Shown in pieces: positions 63,496 to 64,000 of a DNA stretch of 64,000 nucleotides. The position numbers and the translations under genes are program-made. The stretch covers positions 288,001 to 352,000 of the forward strand of contig CAVUDP010000004.1 in the NCBI GenBank assembly GCA_963740315.1. Reading direction: 5' to 3'. The notes below the pieces were generated by a model that made no database searches, was not told where the DNA came from, and was given only the letters and a program-made list of their open reading frames with translations. Each line of letters opens with the position of its first letter. Positions within the stretch are counted from its first letter, which is position 1. Origin of the DNA: an uncultured cyanobacterium. Lineage in GTDB: Bacteria; Cyanobacteriota; Cyanobacteriia; Cyanobacteriales; Nostocaceae.

Positions 63496-63531
63496 AATAT
63501 TGTTAATTCCTAACTCCTAACTCCTAACTCC

Positions 63532-63999
63532 TCACTCCTCACTCTCCACTCCCACGCAAGCATTCACCAAAGGCAATAACGAACCAAGCTGCTCTTGTCC
63601 GTTTACTGCTAACTCGCTGTGACACAAGTAAATTTTGTCGGATACGCGAGCTAATAAATCCGCAATAATTCTTTCTAATCGCTCGTCTTCGGCTAAGGTT
63701 TCATCTTCTGCACTCCAAGGTTGAGCAAATCTATCTTGCAGAAAAAACATCGAACCATATAAGGTTGCTGCACCTCCTTTTGTCCACAATGGCGAACCTG
63801 CATCTAACCAAAAATGCCAGCGATGGGAATGGCGCAAGGAACGATATTGAAAGATTGTCGCTAATGTTACCGCGTTTGCTAACGGTCCGATGGGGCGTAT
63901 GGGATAAGGGCTGGCGGTGACGGTTCCCTGGCGCAGTAAGGCGATGAATTCAGCGATGGTTTTTGTTTTATCTTGTTTTTCTAATCCTTCCCTTTCCTG
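63532..63999 (-). CDS. C-terminal part of a conserved cyanobacterial protein, 5' end beyond the window
   Basis: Frame is open to the window edge: FIALLRQGTVTASPYP, LATIFQYR, HFWLDAGSPLW, LCHSELAVNGQEQLG. Confidence 0.75.
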   Translation of the reverse strand, partial: QEREGLEKQDKTKTIAEFIALLRQGTVTASPYPIRPIGPLANAVTLATIFQYRSLRHSHRWHFWLDAGSPLWTKGGAATLYGSMFFLQDRFAQPWSAEDETLAEDERLERIIADLLARVSDKIYLCHSELAVNGQEQLGSLLPLVNACVGVESEE

Positions 64000-64000
64000 C

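Overview
AT-rich chromosomal window from a filamentous heterocyst-forming cyanobacterium (Nostocales, Rivularia/Calothrix-like). This assignment is inferred from abundant HIP1 GCGATCGC sites, STRR heptamer/octamer repeats, xisH/xisI, devB-fraH and an NrtP-type nitrate permease. The housekeeping backbone comprises cyaC, tRNA-Gly, pstSCAB, bioY-lspA, an FHA-PBP1A, apt, purL-purF, nirB/nirA-nrtP-narB-narM-mobA, groES-groEL, sbp-cysT-cysW, rph and pgl-fraH. Four accessory patches are interspersed. The most interesting signal is a pair of near-identical, oppositely oriented NB-ARC/TPR (NLR-like) genes about 29 kb apart. Each starts with a different short N/G/Q-rich motif that reappears in the adjacent upstream gene: a CHAT caspase-like protease at locus 1 and a small helical Bell/HeLo-like protein at locus 2. 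This is the architecture of amyloid-signalling NLR-effector pairs, with modular swapping of motif plus effector. Also present are a GIY-YIG nuclease followed by a 60-bp tandem array of a palindromic element that also borders both NLR genes, a divergent HTH-NACHT/exonuclease pair with a triple direct repeat between them, and a decayed toxin-antitoxin cluster with HIP1 breakpoints. All family calls are by eye from motifs and synteny; no searches were run.
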